A DNA stretch of 64,000 nucleotides from Gekko japonicus (lineage: Eukaryota): contig NW_015163761.1 in assembly GCF_001447785.1 (NCBI RefSeq), forward strand, positions 1-64,000, given 5' to 3'. Under the pieces are notes generated by a model that saw only the letters and a program-made list of their open reading frames with translations, made no database searches and had not been told where the DNA came from. This document shows, piece by piece, positions 35,605-48,057 of this stretch. The first letter of the stretch is position 1, and each line of letters opens with the position of its first letter. Position numbers and translations under genes: made by a program.

Positions 35605-36173
35605 GTGATGTCCCTGGGAGTGGCATAATTGTTGTGGGACTAGAATGTCAGGCCCCAAAGTGGAATGACAGTCCCTGGGAGTGGCTTAATTGTTGTGGGA
35701 CTGGAATGACAGGCCCCGGAGTGGAATGACTGTCCCTAAGAGAATCCAAAGTGTTGTGGGACTGGAACGATAGGCCCCCGGGGTGAAATGACTGTCCCTA
35801 GGAGTGGCATGAGTATTCTGGGACTGGAATGTTTTGCTGCGAAATGTGTGTGATTTAAAGATATATGTTGTCCTCCCTTACCCCTATCATTGTTAGTCCC
35901 TTGTGAATACATGAGTAACTGTAAATCGCTCAGAGCCAGCAGCTCTGCAAGGATTGAGCGATTAATAAAAGCGGGGGGGGGGGGAAGAATGAGAGGCCCC
36001 AGAGTGGAATGACCATCCCTGGGAATGGCTCCACTATGGGGGCTGCCATTCTAGCCCCAGAATATTCATGCCACTCCCAGGGACCATCCTTCCACTCGGG
36101 AGGCTGTCATTCCAGTCTCAAAACAGGTTATCTGGCCCCAGGGACTGTCATTCTACTCTGGGGCCTGTCATTC
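35605..36173. repeat. ~61-bp minisatellite with forward and inverted arms
   Basis: GTCCCT...GGGACTGGAATGACAGGCCCC units at ~35610, 35671, 35732 and 35794. One more forward unit at ~35990, reverse-complement units at 36046-36173. Confidence 0.75.
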
Positions 36174-37230
36174 ATGACCCAGAGCAGGTTTCTATAAATT
36201 CCCTTCCTCTTTTTCATTGCAGCTTTTCACTGTATCAGTGTCTTTCAGTGGATCCCATGCAAGTCAGTTTTCATTCCTGGCTCCCATTATCTCTAAAGGG
36301 CCTTCAGGCACCTCCTGTTTTCCCCAATGGGTATTCTTGTCATTTGTTTCAGTACGTCTCTGTGTTGTGTAATGATTGGGCCATCAAGACCACAGAGGTC
36401 CAGATTAAAATCTCTCTGGGTGAAATTTGGGCCGGTTACTCTCAGACCAGCCTACTTCACTGGGTTGTTGTGAGGATACAGAGTGAGAGGGGAAGGCCGT
36501 GGATGCCGCATTGTGCTCGTTAGAGGAAAGACAAGGCAAAAAAGGGGACTGATTGACATGTAAATAAATAGGTAGACTTCACAGCAGTGAGAACTGTGTA
36601 ATGACTGCCTGGGTGTGGGAAATAAATCAAATTTCCTCCCTAGCTGGCACGTCTCTAGGCACGTGCACTTAAGAGAACCTCCACATCCAGAGTCAGTGAG
36701 CCTCTGAATACTAGGGTTGGGAGGCAACAATTCAGGCCTCAGCTTCTATACCCTGTTTGTTTGGCCCTCCAGAGGAACTGGCTGGCCATTGTGTGAGACA
36801 TGATGTTGGAGTAGATGGACTATTGGTCTGATCCAGCAGAGCTCTTCTTATGTTCTTAAATTCCTTACTCGTGTATGAAGCTCACTCCTTGACCTTGGGC
36901 CAGATATTCTTTCTCTCAGCCTACCCTACCTCACAGGATTGTTGTGAGGACAAAGTGGTGGAGGAGAGAATTTTAGTTTCTCCTTTTAACAACATCTATC
37001 TAGGGCATTCTTATCCTGCCCCTCCTCTGAGGAGCTCCAGGCCGCAAGCAACATTCTTTCTCCCTCATCTCTTGACTTAAGATCACCCAGTGAGTTTCAT
37101 GACAGAACATGAATCCAGATAACCCAGTTCCTAATCCTGGCACTCTAGCCCAGCGATTCCCAACATGGCCCCCAGGGGCATCATGACACCCATCCGTGGG
37201 TTTCCTGGCTTATAAACTAATTTGCTTATC

Positions 37231-37458
37231 ACCTAGCAGTTGGAAAGCAAGAAATTGCAAGTAGATAAATAGGTACCACTTCGGTGGGAAGGTAGCAGTG
37301 TTCCGTGCGCCTTGGTGTTTAGTCATGCCGGCCACATGACCACAGAAACGTCTTCGGACAGCGCTGGCTCTTTGGCTTTGAAACGGAGATGAGCACCGCA
37401 ACCCTAGAGTCGGATTTGACTGGCTTTCGAGCAAGGGAACCTCTACCTTTACCTTTAC
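37231..37458 (+). mobile_element. Sauria SINE, 5'-truncated
   Basis: Body plus ACCTTTACCTTTAC tail. Confidence 0.85.
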
Positions 37459-37928
37459 AAAGTAAATAGCAAGTCCTGTTTTTTTACCACCTCAGTGGAG
37501 CAGGAGATGCATCAGGTTTGGGCCTATAAAGTGCTCCCGTTCCATAACAGAATTGCCTCCATGTGAGAGAACACTTGGCTTGGCACCTCCCAAGATGGCA
37601 CGGTTGAACTGAGCCCTCATGGCAGCCATTTTGTGATGGGTGACCCATAGCCACTTTACCACACTAGCTGTTAACATCATTTAAAACTGGCATCCATGAA
37701 AGGTACCAAAGACCATCCCAGTTGATCCAAAATTCCTTGTGAAACAAAATCATCATTCAAGAGTGTCCTCTAAGGCGGTTCTCACGTCTGATGCTGTTGC
37801 ACTTTGCGAATAGCTGCTCCATCTGCCCTTGCTTCTTCTTTTTTTGTTTCCATTATGCATCTTTTTTCTCATCATGCCAGATTAGAACACCTTGATTCCG
37901 AGAGACTGTAACCGTGAGATCATCCGCA

Positions 37929-38672
37929 ATGAAAATGGAGGAGGAAGATCCAGTGAGTGGGATGCAAGAGCGGGAAGCCAAAGGTGGCAGAAAAGACGTT
38001 CACATCCTCCAGGCGGGGACTCTTGGAGAGGCCTTGGAGGGAATACCTGAAGGAATTCTGGTTAAACAGGAACCAGCTGAGGGTCCCCTGCAGCAGTGGG
38101 AAGCCCAGTGGCAGGAGTTCCTGAAGACTGTGGAGAGCCCTCAGTCCAGGTGGGTGATTTCAGAGTTGCCTCAGGAACCCACCCCCTGGGATGACACCAA
38201 GGCCTTCCTGGCCTCCTTTGAGCAAGTGGCTGAAGCCTGCCAGTGGCCCAAGGAAGAGTGGGCGGCCCGTCTCCTGCCAGCCCTCAGGGGAGAACCTGAA
38301 CAAGCATTTAGCAACTTGGCTATCCGAGACAGGGGTGATTATGCAAAGGTGAAGGTGGCCATTTTGCGAGGGGATGCCATGCGGAGGGAAAAGCAGCGCC
38401 AATACTTCCGCCGTTTCTGCTACCAGGAGGCCGAGGGGCCTAGAGGGACGTACAGCCGGCTCCAGGAACTTTGTCACGGATGGCTGAGGGTAAAGAAACA
38501 GACCAAGGAGCAGATCCTGGAGCTTTTGATCCTGGAGCAGTTCTTGACCATCCTGCCCCCGGAGATCCAGAGTTGGGTGAGGGAAAGCGGCCCAGAGACC
38601 TGCTCCCAAGCAGTGGCCCTGGCTGAGGAGTTTCTGCAGATGCAACGGGAGGCCCACAGACGGAAGCAACAG
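37929..38672 (+). CDS. Gene C, extended-SCAN exon (complete)
   Basis: Acceptor GCCAG at 37880, start MKMEEED, LVKQEP, full SCAN box and donor CAG|GTGAGA (phase 0). Confidence 0.92.
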
Positions 38673-38777
38673 GTGAGATGGTTTCACCCTTGTCAGTCAT
38701 GGGAGAGTGTCTGGTTTGGGCACAGGAAGCTCCTCTAAGTCATATTCTTAATTTGTTATAATCGTTCTTGTTTAATC

Positions 38778-39173
38778 TGTCTGACAGTGGCTCTCCAGGG
38801 TCTCAGGGAGAGGCCTTTCACATCATCTGTAACCTGAGATCCTTTCAACTGGAGATACCAGGGATTGAACACAGGACTTCTGAATGCAAAGCAGAGGCTC
38901 CACCATTAAGCCATGGCCCTCTCCCTAAATGAGTCAAACCCTTGGTCTGCTTCATCCTTTCACCTGGAGATGCTGAGGGTGGAATTTAGGACCTTCTGTA
39001 TGCCCAGCAGATGCTCTTTGACAGAGCTAGGACCCCGCCGCTCTAAATGAACCTGCCTTATACTGAGTTAGATGCTTGGTCTACCTCATCCTTTTAACTG
39101 GAGATGCCAGGGATTGAACCTGGGGCCTTCTGCATGCCAAAAAGATGCTCTAGCACTGAGCCAAGGCCCCTCC
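38778..39173 (-). mobile_element. Trimeric tRNA-Ala-like (Squam2-like) SINE
   Basis: Three tRNA-like heads on the minus strand with the same GATGAGGTAGACCAAG...CATTTAG spacers. Confidence 0.65.
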
Positions 39174-39346
39174 CCACAAGTCTTACAGCAAATGGGAGCA
39201 GGTAGCCATCTTAGTCCTAGGTTTGAGGACAGGTTGCCCTAGCTTAAGCTGGCAAGAGTGAAAGGTGGCTCCGTTGTGGTGAAGGCATGGCCCGAACTTT
39301 CCCCATCAATTCTAAAAGGGATCATTGATTCTTGCTGCTCTTTCAG

Positions 39347-39473
39347 GTGCTGACAAAACACAAGGCGGTGGCTCTGAGTCCCTTAGAGGCAGAGCTTGCT
39401 CCGACTGGGCCTAGGGAGAGGCAGCCACCTCAGGAGGCCCAGCCAGAGATCAATGAGGAAGCCAGGCTTCGGG
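39347..39473 (+). CDS. Gene C, 127-nt exon (position and phase of a KRAB-A exon, highly diverged)
   Basis: TTTCAG|GTG...CGGG|GTAAGT, phase 0 to 1, open frame. Confidence 0.8.
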
Positions 39474-40176
39474 GTAAGTATGTTAACGGCCACTCTGTGG
39501 TTGGTGGGTTGTATTGATATGTGTCATGTTCAATTCTGGCTGTAGGCTTCTGATGGTTACCTTCTCATGTTATTGAGTATGTTACTGGAATCGTGCTGGA
39601 AATCTCATATGGGCTTCTTGTCAAAGCCACCATCACACCTAGAGCAGGGATCTTGAAACTTTATGGTTCAGTACAGAATTTTAAAGAATATCTCTCTGCT
39701 TGGAAGTGGGTTCTAAGCTCTTCAGCAAATCCCACAGAACTGCATATCCAAGGCAGTGTTGCGTGGGGTTCAACCCCAAATGGTGGCTGAGATCTTGCGA
39801 TGTAGTCTTCTGAGATCTCAGCAGCCATTTTGGTTGCTAGGCAACTCTCACCAGGAGTGGAGTGGGAAACTAGAGATGAGGGAGATAATAGGAGCGGGAG
39901 TAAATGGGGGGAGGCAGGGGGAAGAGTGGGGAAAAATGGGAGCCCGGTGTGTGTGTGTGGGGGAGTGGAAACATTGCCAGAAATGGGGCCAGTGGGAGAA
40001 TGGGATTCCACTCCCCTGCAAAGTAGCAAGATCATTACTCTTGTCCAGCACTCTTTTTCCTACATTGGCCCATCCAGTGTCACAAGGAAGCCCCCAAACA
40101 GGGCAACGGCCCTCACAGCAATTGGCAATCAGCAGCATTGCACTTCTGAGCCTGGAGGTCCCTTTGGATAGAGTTA

Positions 40177-40531
40177 GTAAAGGTAAAGGTAAAGGTTCCC
40201 TTGCTCGAAAGCCAGTCGAATCCGACTCTAGGGTTGCGGTGCTCATCTCCGTTTCAAAGCCGAAGAGCCAGCGCTGTCCGAAGACGTTTCCGTGGTCATG
40301 TGGCCGGCATGACTAAACGCCAAGGCGCACGGAACGCTGTGACCTTCCCACCGAAGTGGTCCCTATTTATCTACTTGCAATTTCTTGCTTTCGAACTGCT
40401 AGGTTGGCAGGAGCTGGAACTAGAGACAGGAGCTCACCCTGTCTTGCGGCACCTGGGTCTTGAACCGCTGAACTACTGACCTTCCACAGCCTGCAGTTCA
40501 GCGTCTTAACCACTTGAGCCACCGCAGCTCC
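40177..40531 (-). mobile_element. Sauria SINE, full length
   Basis: Head and (ACCTTT)n tail as in other copies. Confidence 0.9.
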
Positions 40532-41280
40532 AACACAAATCTGTCCAGCCTCCTAAGCAGGTGTCTGTCATTGCATCTTGTGGCAATGAGTTCCACCAGT
40601 CACATTCTCTCATTCACCTGTCAAAATTGTTATGTTGTTCCATATGATCTAGAAAGCTGAAATTAGGTACATGTATAACCAAAGATGCTCTGACTAGTAA
40701 AGGGAGGAATTATATGAATTGTGGGACATTTGTATACCACCTAGTCAGAGTCTATGACACGATGTACATTTGTCAGTTTCTTTGTCCTTATAATCATCTA
40801 GAAGATGCTTTGAACACTTGCCCTATAAAGCAGAGTGGTTGTCATCTCTTTTAAAAAAACACACGTGTTTCCCTGTGTCTCCATCTCCTACTCTTACAAT
40901 TTAAGGAGAATCACACCCTATTGAATCCAGTATGACTTACTTCTGAGTAAATGTGCTCATGCCTGGGCTCTAGATCAAGTCAGTAATTTAAGACTGCATC
41001 TGTGGTCATTTTTATGCTCACAACAGCCCTGTGGGTTAGGCTGAGACTGAGTGACTAACCCAGTCTTCCAGTGAATTTTGTGGAGAGCATGGATTTGAAT
41101 CTTCGTCTCCGCAGATGTAGTATCTCATTCTAATTCCCTCATTGCCTGTCCCAAAGGTACCCACGCTCCCCCTTGTAAATTTGACTGAATCTCCCAGCTA
41201 TTGATTGACATTTAATAACTGTGGATAGATGGAGATCGGTATCTGTGTTAGTCTGTCAGTAGCATTACAAAAGAGTAAAT

Positions 41281-41822
41281 GTCCAGTAGCACCTTATTAA
41301 AGACTAACAAAATTTGTGGCAGGGGAGGAGCTTTCATCAGTCACTGCTCACTTCTTCAGATGCAGATTCAGATTCAAATATCTGAAGAAGTGAGCGGTAA
41401 CTCATGAAAGCTCATACCCTACCACAAATTTTGTTAGTCTTTAAAGTGCTAGGTAAAGGTAAAGGTCTCCCTTGCTTGAAAGCCAGTCGAATCCGACTCT
41501 AGGGTTGTGGTGCTCATCTCCGTTTCAAAGCCGAAGAGCCAGCGCTGTCCGAAGACGTTTCCGTGTTCATGTGGCCGGCATGACTAAACACCAAGGCGCA
41601 CGGAACGCTGTTACCTTCCCACCTAAGTCGTCCCTATTTATCTACTTGCAATTTCTTGCTTTCGAACTGCTAGGTTGGCAGGAGCTGGAACTAGAGACGG
41701 GAGCTCACTCCGTCATGCGGCACCTGGGTCTCGAACTGCTGAACTACTGACCTTCCACAGCCTGCAGTTCAGCGTCTTAACCACTTGAGCCACCGCAGCT
41801 CCTTTAAAGTGCTACTGGACTC
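41281..41822. mobile_element. Palindromic Penelope-like element remnant, interrupted by a Sauria SINE
   Basis: Inverted arms GTCCAGTAGCACC...AGACTAACAAAATTTGTGG...CTTCTTCAGAT / ATCTGAAGAAG...CCACAAATTTTGTTAGTCT...GTGCTACTGGAC, each with a hammerhead-like core. Confidence 0.65.
41452..41801 (-). mobile_element. Sauria SINE with ~13-bp TSD
   Basis: Full consensus, flanked by CTTTAAAGTGCTA on both sides. Confidence 0.92.
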
Positions 41823-42840
41823 TTATTTAATAAATGTGTCATTGTGGGTTGTATTATACAACCCATTTCTGCTCTGAGGAGAATTCAGGGCAAAAGTCCT
41901 CACTAACCGGAGGAAATCGTGGGGGATCCAACGGTTTATTTTTAACTCTTTTCCCCCTCTGAACAGTCGATGCACCTTTGTAAACTGATGCTTATAAACA
42001 GAACTAAAAATGTGGTAAATTGTTAATCTTTGATACAGATTAGATCTAGTGTTGAATGAAAGCTTGCTAGAATTAAGAGGTTTTTAATCCGTCTATGGAA
42101 ACTTAGTAGGAGGCTTAGGGCCAAACTTAACGATATGGAGTTCCTGAGATATAGCACCATTTTAGAGGCTTTTTGGGTTTTAAGATTACCACAGGGGCCT
42201 GATCTTACCGGGGATTGTGGCACTGGGGGATGAGGGGTTCCTGCCACCCCCCATGCTGTTTTTTACATGCCAAAATGGCCACGTGGCCTCTATTCTGGGC
42301 CTTTCCCAGAGCCACCTAATAAGACATAACCTAGAATTAGCCTGTTCTTAAAGGTAGGGCACTTCATACATAGAGATGACAACTGTTTGTCATAAATCAA
42401 CTTTTTATTACATTCATGACTCCACTTTTCAACTGTAAATTATTTATCTGTTTAAAAAATGTGTATGCTGCATTTCCACAGGCCTACCTGAAGAGTAAAA
42501 AAATTAAATCAGCATAAAATGTCAATAATAAACGATCCCTCCGAGCTGAATTAGGACAACCATCTCTTGAAGCTAGGGCCTGGATGAAGGCTTTCCCCCT
42601 TAAAGTTAAAATTATATACCGCAACAACATCCAAGAGGGATATCTCGGCTTAGTCAGAGAAGACTCTTATATTTCCCACTGGGATAAACTTGCCGAGCAA
42701 CAACTACAGTTTCTCAGTCTTTCCTTGGATTCCCTTTATTCAGTTACCAGACAGGAAGCCATAAGAATGATTAAGAAATGTCTGTTTAAGTACGATCATA
42801 ACAGCACAGTCTGTAGAGCACAATGTATTTGTTCTACTCA

Positions 42841-43212
42841 GTTTTGTCTTAGCTCAGGAAGAATGGCTCCAGAGTAAACTAATTTATGCAGTACCCAGAT
42901 TGTTCGCTCACAACTTTAATGCCAGTAGCTCATAAAGTAGAATTTGTGCTCACAAGACTCCACAGCTTAGAGGGAGCACTGGATAGAACCAATTTGAATG
43001 GTTGCGAAATCCAGTGCTCCCTCTGTGGAGTCTTGTGAGCAAAAATTCTACTTTATGAGCCACTGGCATTAAAGTTGTGAGTGAGCAATCTGGCTACTGC
43101 ATAAATTAGCTTGCCCTGGAGCCATTCTTCCTGAGCTAAGACAAAAATGTGTGAGCCGGAGGCTAAAAAAGTGTGAGCTAGCTCACACTAACTCAGCTTA
43201 GAGGGAACACTG
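42841..43212. mobile_element. Two inverted copies of the third-family hAT MITE (42841-42981 +, 43012-43212 -)
   Basis: Both match 18986-19191 and are separated by 30 bp. Confidence 0.85.
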
Positions 43213-43250
43213 GTTCTATCTTTTTCTATATTTTAGTAATCTGCTCTAAG

Positions 43251-43527
43251 ACAGTTTGGTGTAGTGGTTAAGTGTGTGGACTCTAACCTGGGAGAACTGG
43301 GTTTGATTCCCCACTCCTCCACTTTCAGCTGCTGGATGACCTTGGGCAAGCCGTAGTCCTGTCAGAGCTGTTCTCGAAAAAGAGCAGTTTCTGTCAGAGC
43401 TCTCTCAGCCCCACCTACCTCACAGGGTGTCTGTTGGGGGGTGGGGAAGGGATGGGAAAGGAGTTTGTAAGCCTCTCTGAGACTCTGAGTGAAGGGCGGG
43501 GTATAAATTCAATCTCCTCCTCCTCCT
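43251..43527 (+). mobile_element. Squam3-like SINE
   Basis: CAGTTTGGTGTAGTGGTTAAG head and (CTC)n tail. Confidence 0.8.
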
Positions 43528-43544
43528 AAATTAAGCAGTATGAG

Positions 43545-43580
<36 letters not shown>

Positions 43581-43742
43581 AACAATCAAAACATCCTGAG
43601 GCCTAAAAATGATATTCATAAAACAGTCTAGAAGCGGACCATATTAAAGAGCTTAAGAAATGCTCACAGAAACATAAAAGGATTTTGAAACACACAGATT
43701 AAGTGTTTCTTTCACCTCCCCTCCTTTATTTTTTCCCAAAAG

Positions 43743-44548
43743 GTTACATGCAGGTGAGAAAACGTGCAGAGAAAACCAATCCTATGGACTGTTTGGAGCT
43801 TGTGGAAACAGGTGGCAGTTTCCAAAGAACAATGGAGACCATTTCTGAGGGAGGAGGAAGAACTCAGGAGGGCCCCGATGGGCCGCAGAGAACTCACCCG
43901 AGGAACAGACTGAGCAATTCCAGTTCTGGTGGGGTAAGGAAGGTCCTCAGCGAAAGCCTAGCGGGGCCCAGAGATGTGACCTGCACTGTTGCTGAGGGAG
44001 CCTTCAGGGAGGAACTGGTCCTTCCCAGACATGAAGGACCCCCTAATCAGGATGCATTCTCACAATGCGGAAGGAACGTCGTTCGCAAAGACCTGCTGAT
44101 GCGGCATCAGCGAATCCATGCATTGGACAAACCGCGGAAAAGCTTGTACAGTGGGAAGGCCTTTTGTCCAAGGCCAAGCCTGGTGTTTCACGAAAGAACC
44201 CAAGCGGAGGAGAAACCCTTCCAGTGCTCCGGCTGCGGGAAGCGGTTCACTCGCAATTCCCTCCTCATCAAACACGAAAAGACCCACGGGGGAGAGAAAC
44301 TCTACAACTGCTCGACCTGTGGGAAGGGCTTCGTTTATAGCTGGAACCTCATCAAGCACAAGAAGAAGCACACGGGCGAGAAACCGTACCAGTGCACGGC
44401 CTGTGGGAAGACCTTCTTTGAGCGTTCAGACCTCCTCAGACATGAGAGAACCCACACGGGAGAGAGACCCTATAAATGCTCGCTCTGTGAGAAGTGTTTC
44501 AGTCAGAAGTGGCTGCTGATCAAACATGAACGAACGCATATGGAATAG
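43743..44548 (+). CDS. Gene C terminal exon: 2 degenerate plus 4 intact C2H2 fingers
   Basis: CCCAAAAG|GT phase-1 acceptor. Fingers FQCSGC, YNCSTC, YQCTAC and YKCSLC; the stop follows the last His by two residues. Confidence 0.9.
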
Positions 44549-44907
44549 AGGAATGCCTGCAGTGCAGGAAGAGATCCCCTTTCGGGCTAAGGCCGCTTTT
44601 ATTATAAAAGTATACATACAGGAGGAAATACATATACATGCTTATTGTTTGGGAGGGACTGTATCAGAAAATCATTGCTTAGGATTTCACGAAGCAGTGG
44701 TCTCCAACCTTGTGAAGGCTGTGGGTATTTTTGGAATTTTAAGAACAACCACAAAATGGCTGCCATAGAGAAGACGGCTAACCACAAAATGTAGGCATGC
44801 CAAGTGCTCGCTTCAGGCAGGCCATCTCACACGGACGAGCCTTCCTATCTGCTCTCGCCTTTCAGGCCAGTGGGGGCAGAAATGATGTCAGGCTATGTAC
44901 CAGGGTC

Positions 44908-45306
44908 CAGGGCTATTTTTGGGCAGGAACGCACAGGAACGGAGTTCCGGCTGGCTCCCAAGTTGGCCACACCCAGCAGGAACTCATTAGCATAATAGGC
45001 CAAACCCAACAGCAGGAACTCATTAGAATTGGCTACATTAGGGGTCTGTGGCCTAATGTGCAAAGGAGTTCCTGCAACAAAAAAAGGCCCTGGGTTTTGA
45101 CAACAAACAAGATAAACAGAATAAGAAGGGAAAGGTGGGTGTGGCTGGATGACCACACTTCTGGTAACATGGGAATGTGGCCTAATATGCTAATGAGTGG
45201 TGCAGTCAGGGGTGTGTGACCTAATAGGCTAATGAGTTTCTGCTGCTGGGTGTGGCCTATTATGCTAATGAGTTCCTGCTGGACTTTTTCTACAAAAAAA
45301 GCCCTG
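44908..45306 (-). mobile_element. OCT/KLF-repeat hAT MITE, full length
   Basis: TIRs and TSD CCAGGGTC (44900-44907 / 45307-45314). Confidence 0.92.
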
Positions 45307-45740
45307 CCAGGGTCACATCCAGACAAAAACCCAGATGTGACATAAAACGTCAGCTGATGTTCTAGATGGTAATACCACAGTCTCTAGAGCATCGGTCAGT
45401 GCACCGTCTTCTAGTCTGGGTTTTTGCCTGGTTATGACATTGGCATCTACCCTGGTGTCATTTCTGCCCCTTGACTTTATTCCGAAGCTCCTGAGAACGC
45501 TGTGATGCCACCTGGCATCCCTAGCAAAATGGCTGCCGGAAAACGGTCGGTCTGAGGTCATTCCCAAGATGCAAAGGGGTTGTAAAGCCAAGCGCCCTTC
45601 CACAATTAAGGTAGCTATTTCTGAATGGATATAGACCCAAAGGTGATGCTTCCTGGAGTCTTCTGCAACACCTCCTGCTCCAGATGGAGGAGAGCCAGGA
45701 CTAGCTATGTGCACTGTGGAAGAAACAAATGGATGCCAGG

Positions 45741-46223
45741 AGGGGCAGTGGCTCAGAGGCAGAGCATCTGCTTGGTATACAGAAGCTCCCAGCTTCAATC
45801 TTTGGCATCTCAGGTTGAAAAGATGAGGTAGGCCAAGGGTCTAAGTCAAAGTAAATAGTTTAAGGAAAAGGCAGGTTCATTTAGGGAGGGGGTGGTGGCT
45901 TAGTGGTAGAGCATCCGCTTGACATACAGAAGGTCCCAGGTTCGATCCCCCGCATCTCCAGTTAAAAGGATGAGGTAGACCAAGGGTCTTACTTAGTAAA
46001 AGGTGGGTTCATTTAGGCCCATGGCTCCATGGGAGAGCCATCTGCTTGGTAGGCAGAAGGTCCTGGGTCCAATTCCTGGCCTCTCCAGTTAAAGGGATCA
46101 GGTAGTTGGCACTGTGAAAAACCTCTGCCTGGGACCCTGGAGAGCTGCTGCCAGTGTGAGGATATGATACTGACCTTGTTGGACCAAGGGTCTGATTCAG
46201 GATAAGGCAGGTCCATGTGTTCA
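45741..46223 (+). mobile_element. Trimeric tRNA-Ala-like (Squam2-like) SINE
   Basis: Heads at ~45741, ~45885 and ~46016; only the third has the full body and tail. Confidence 0.72.
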
Positions 46224-46577
46224 TTGGAGGGTGCCCCCACTGCCCTGGTGCCTATCCGTGGCTACATTAAGGATCCCTGCCGTAAGGTGGTCTGGGATAG
46301 AATTAAAGGATTTGGACACTTCCCACCAACTTTTATCTCCGCCTCCAGGAGATTATAAAGCCTCTGGGATTGAGTCAATTGGATTCCCCATCTCTTTCTC
46401 TTTTTCCTCCTTCCATAACTTAGAACCAAACAAAATGTGACCACAGAAAAAAGGTCCATCCCATGGCTGCCAACACCATTTTAGAAGTAGTAATTCTTAA
46501 ACAATTGCCCCAAGGCCCTGATCAGGATTGGGCCCGTGGCACAGTGCCATCAGGAGCTCTTGTTTTCTCACCTCTTT

Positions 46578-47144
46578 GAAGAAGAAAAAGAAGAGGAGGA
46601 GATTGGATTTATACCCCACCCTTCACTACCCAAAGGCGTCTCGGAGCGTCTTACAAGGTCCTTTCCCTTTCCCTCCCCACAACAGACACCCTGTGAGGTA
46701 GGTGGGGCTGAGAGAACTCTTTGAGCTCTTGAGAGAAAAGCTCTGAGAGAACTTATGGCTGACCCAAGGTCACATCAAGCAGGTGCAAGTGGAGGAGTGG
46801 GGAATCAAACCCGGTTCTCTCCCAGGTTAGAGTCCGGGCTCTTAAGAGAGCCAGTTTGGTGTAGTGGTTAAGTTGCACGGACTCTAATCTGGGAGAACGG
46901 GGTTTGATTCCCCACTCCTCCACTTGCACCTGCTTGATGTGACCTTGGGTCAGTCACAAGCTCTGGCACAGCTGTTCCTGAAAGAGCAGTTTGTGTCAGA
47001 GTTCTCTCAGCCCCACCCACCTCACAGGGTGTCTGTTGTGGGGAGGGGAAGGGAAAGGTGTTTGTAAGCCGCTCTGAGACTCCAAGTGAAGGGCGGGGTA
47101 TAAATCCAATCTCTTCTTCTTCTTAACCACCACACCAAACTGGC
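46578..47144. mobile_element. Nested Squam3-like SINEs: + copy (46846-47121) inserted in the head of a - copy
   Basis: The minus copy is split at CTTAA (46841-46845 / 47122-47126) and resumes CCACCACACCAAACTGGC. Confidence 0.8.
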
Positions 47145-48057
47145 CAACGTAGGCACTTGAAAAGGTGCAGTGAGTTGAGGAAGAAGAGCTGGGACCACCA
47201 TGTGCCCAATTCGGGCATTACAGCATTTTTTTAGACCGCTACTGCTTCTAAAATGGATTTGGTAGCCAAGGATAGACTCCTGGCCACTGGCACATTGAGT
47301 TTTGTTCTGATTCTCAGCATTCCGAGCATAGTGAGTACACTCTGTCTGAATCAAGTCATTAGGAGACTTGGTGTTGCTTTCAGAATCAGACATGTTTTGT
47401 ATGTATCTGCGAGTCCCCTGAATATGTAGAACCCCCCCCCCCCTGTCTGTAGATGACCTGGCTTTGCTTCTTTCACAATGGTTAAATGGTGCAGCCATTT
47501 AGCTTTTTAAGGAGTGACGCTAATTATCAGGGAATTGTTGGGGCCGACAAAGACAGGGTGACAGGAGATCCACAAATGCAAGTCCTGCCAAACCGCTACA
47601 TTCAAGTCCAGTGGCGGTTAGACACCATCGAGATTTTTGCGGTATGAGCTTTCGAGAGCCAAAGCTCCCTGCCTCAGAGGCTGGCCCCCCGCTTTTTTAT
47701 AAACTCGGTTGTAGTCAGTGGAAAAGAGACCTCCCTTCGCATAGGGTACAGCCGAATCAATCCAAACAACATATTTATGGCAGCCGACTTAGTGAGAATC
47801 GTTTTATGCAACATTTGTGACCTTTTAGCAGATGTTACGATAATATAAGAGCTTACGTATTGTTTTCTGTTTTGTCGTGGTACTATTGTTCGGGGGTTGC
47901 GGAGTGGTATGGGTATGGCCCAGTCTCATCACGTCTTGGAGGTTAAGGAGGGTCTGTACTTGGTTGGTGAACCACCAAGGAAGTGGAGGCACCGAGGAAG
48001 TAGAGGAAGGCAGCAGCAAACCTTCTCCCTTGCCTTGAAAGCACTTGCTGGGGTCGC

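Noticed and set aside
37929-38672. Gag-like exons as parts of an intact Gypsy retrotransposon
   Set aside because: No LTRs, protease, RT or integrase. The ORFs are bounded by splice sites and join host zinc-finger exons in phase.
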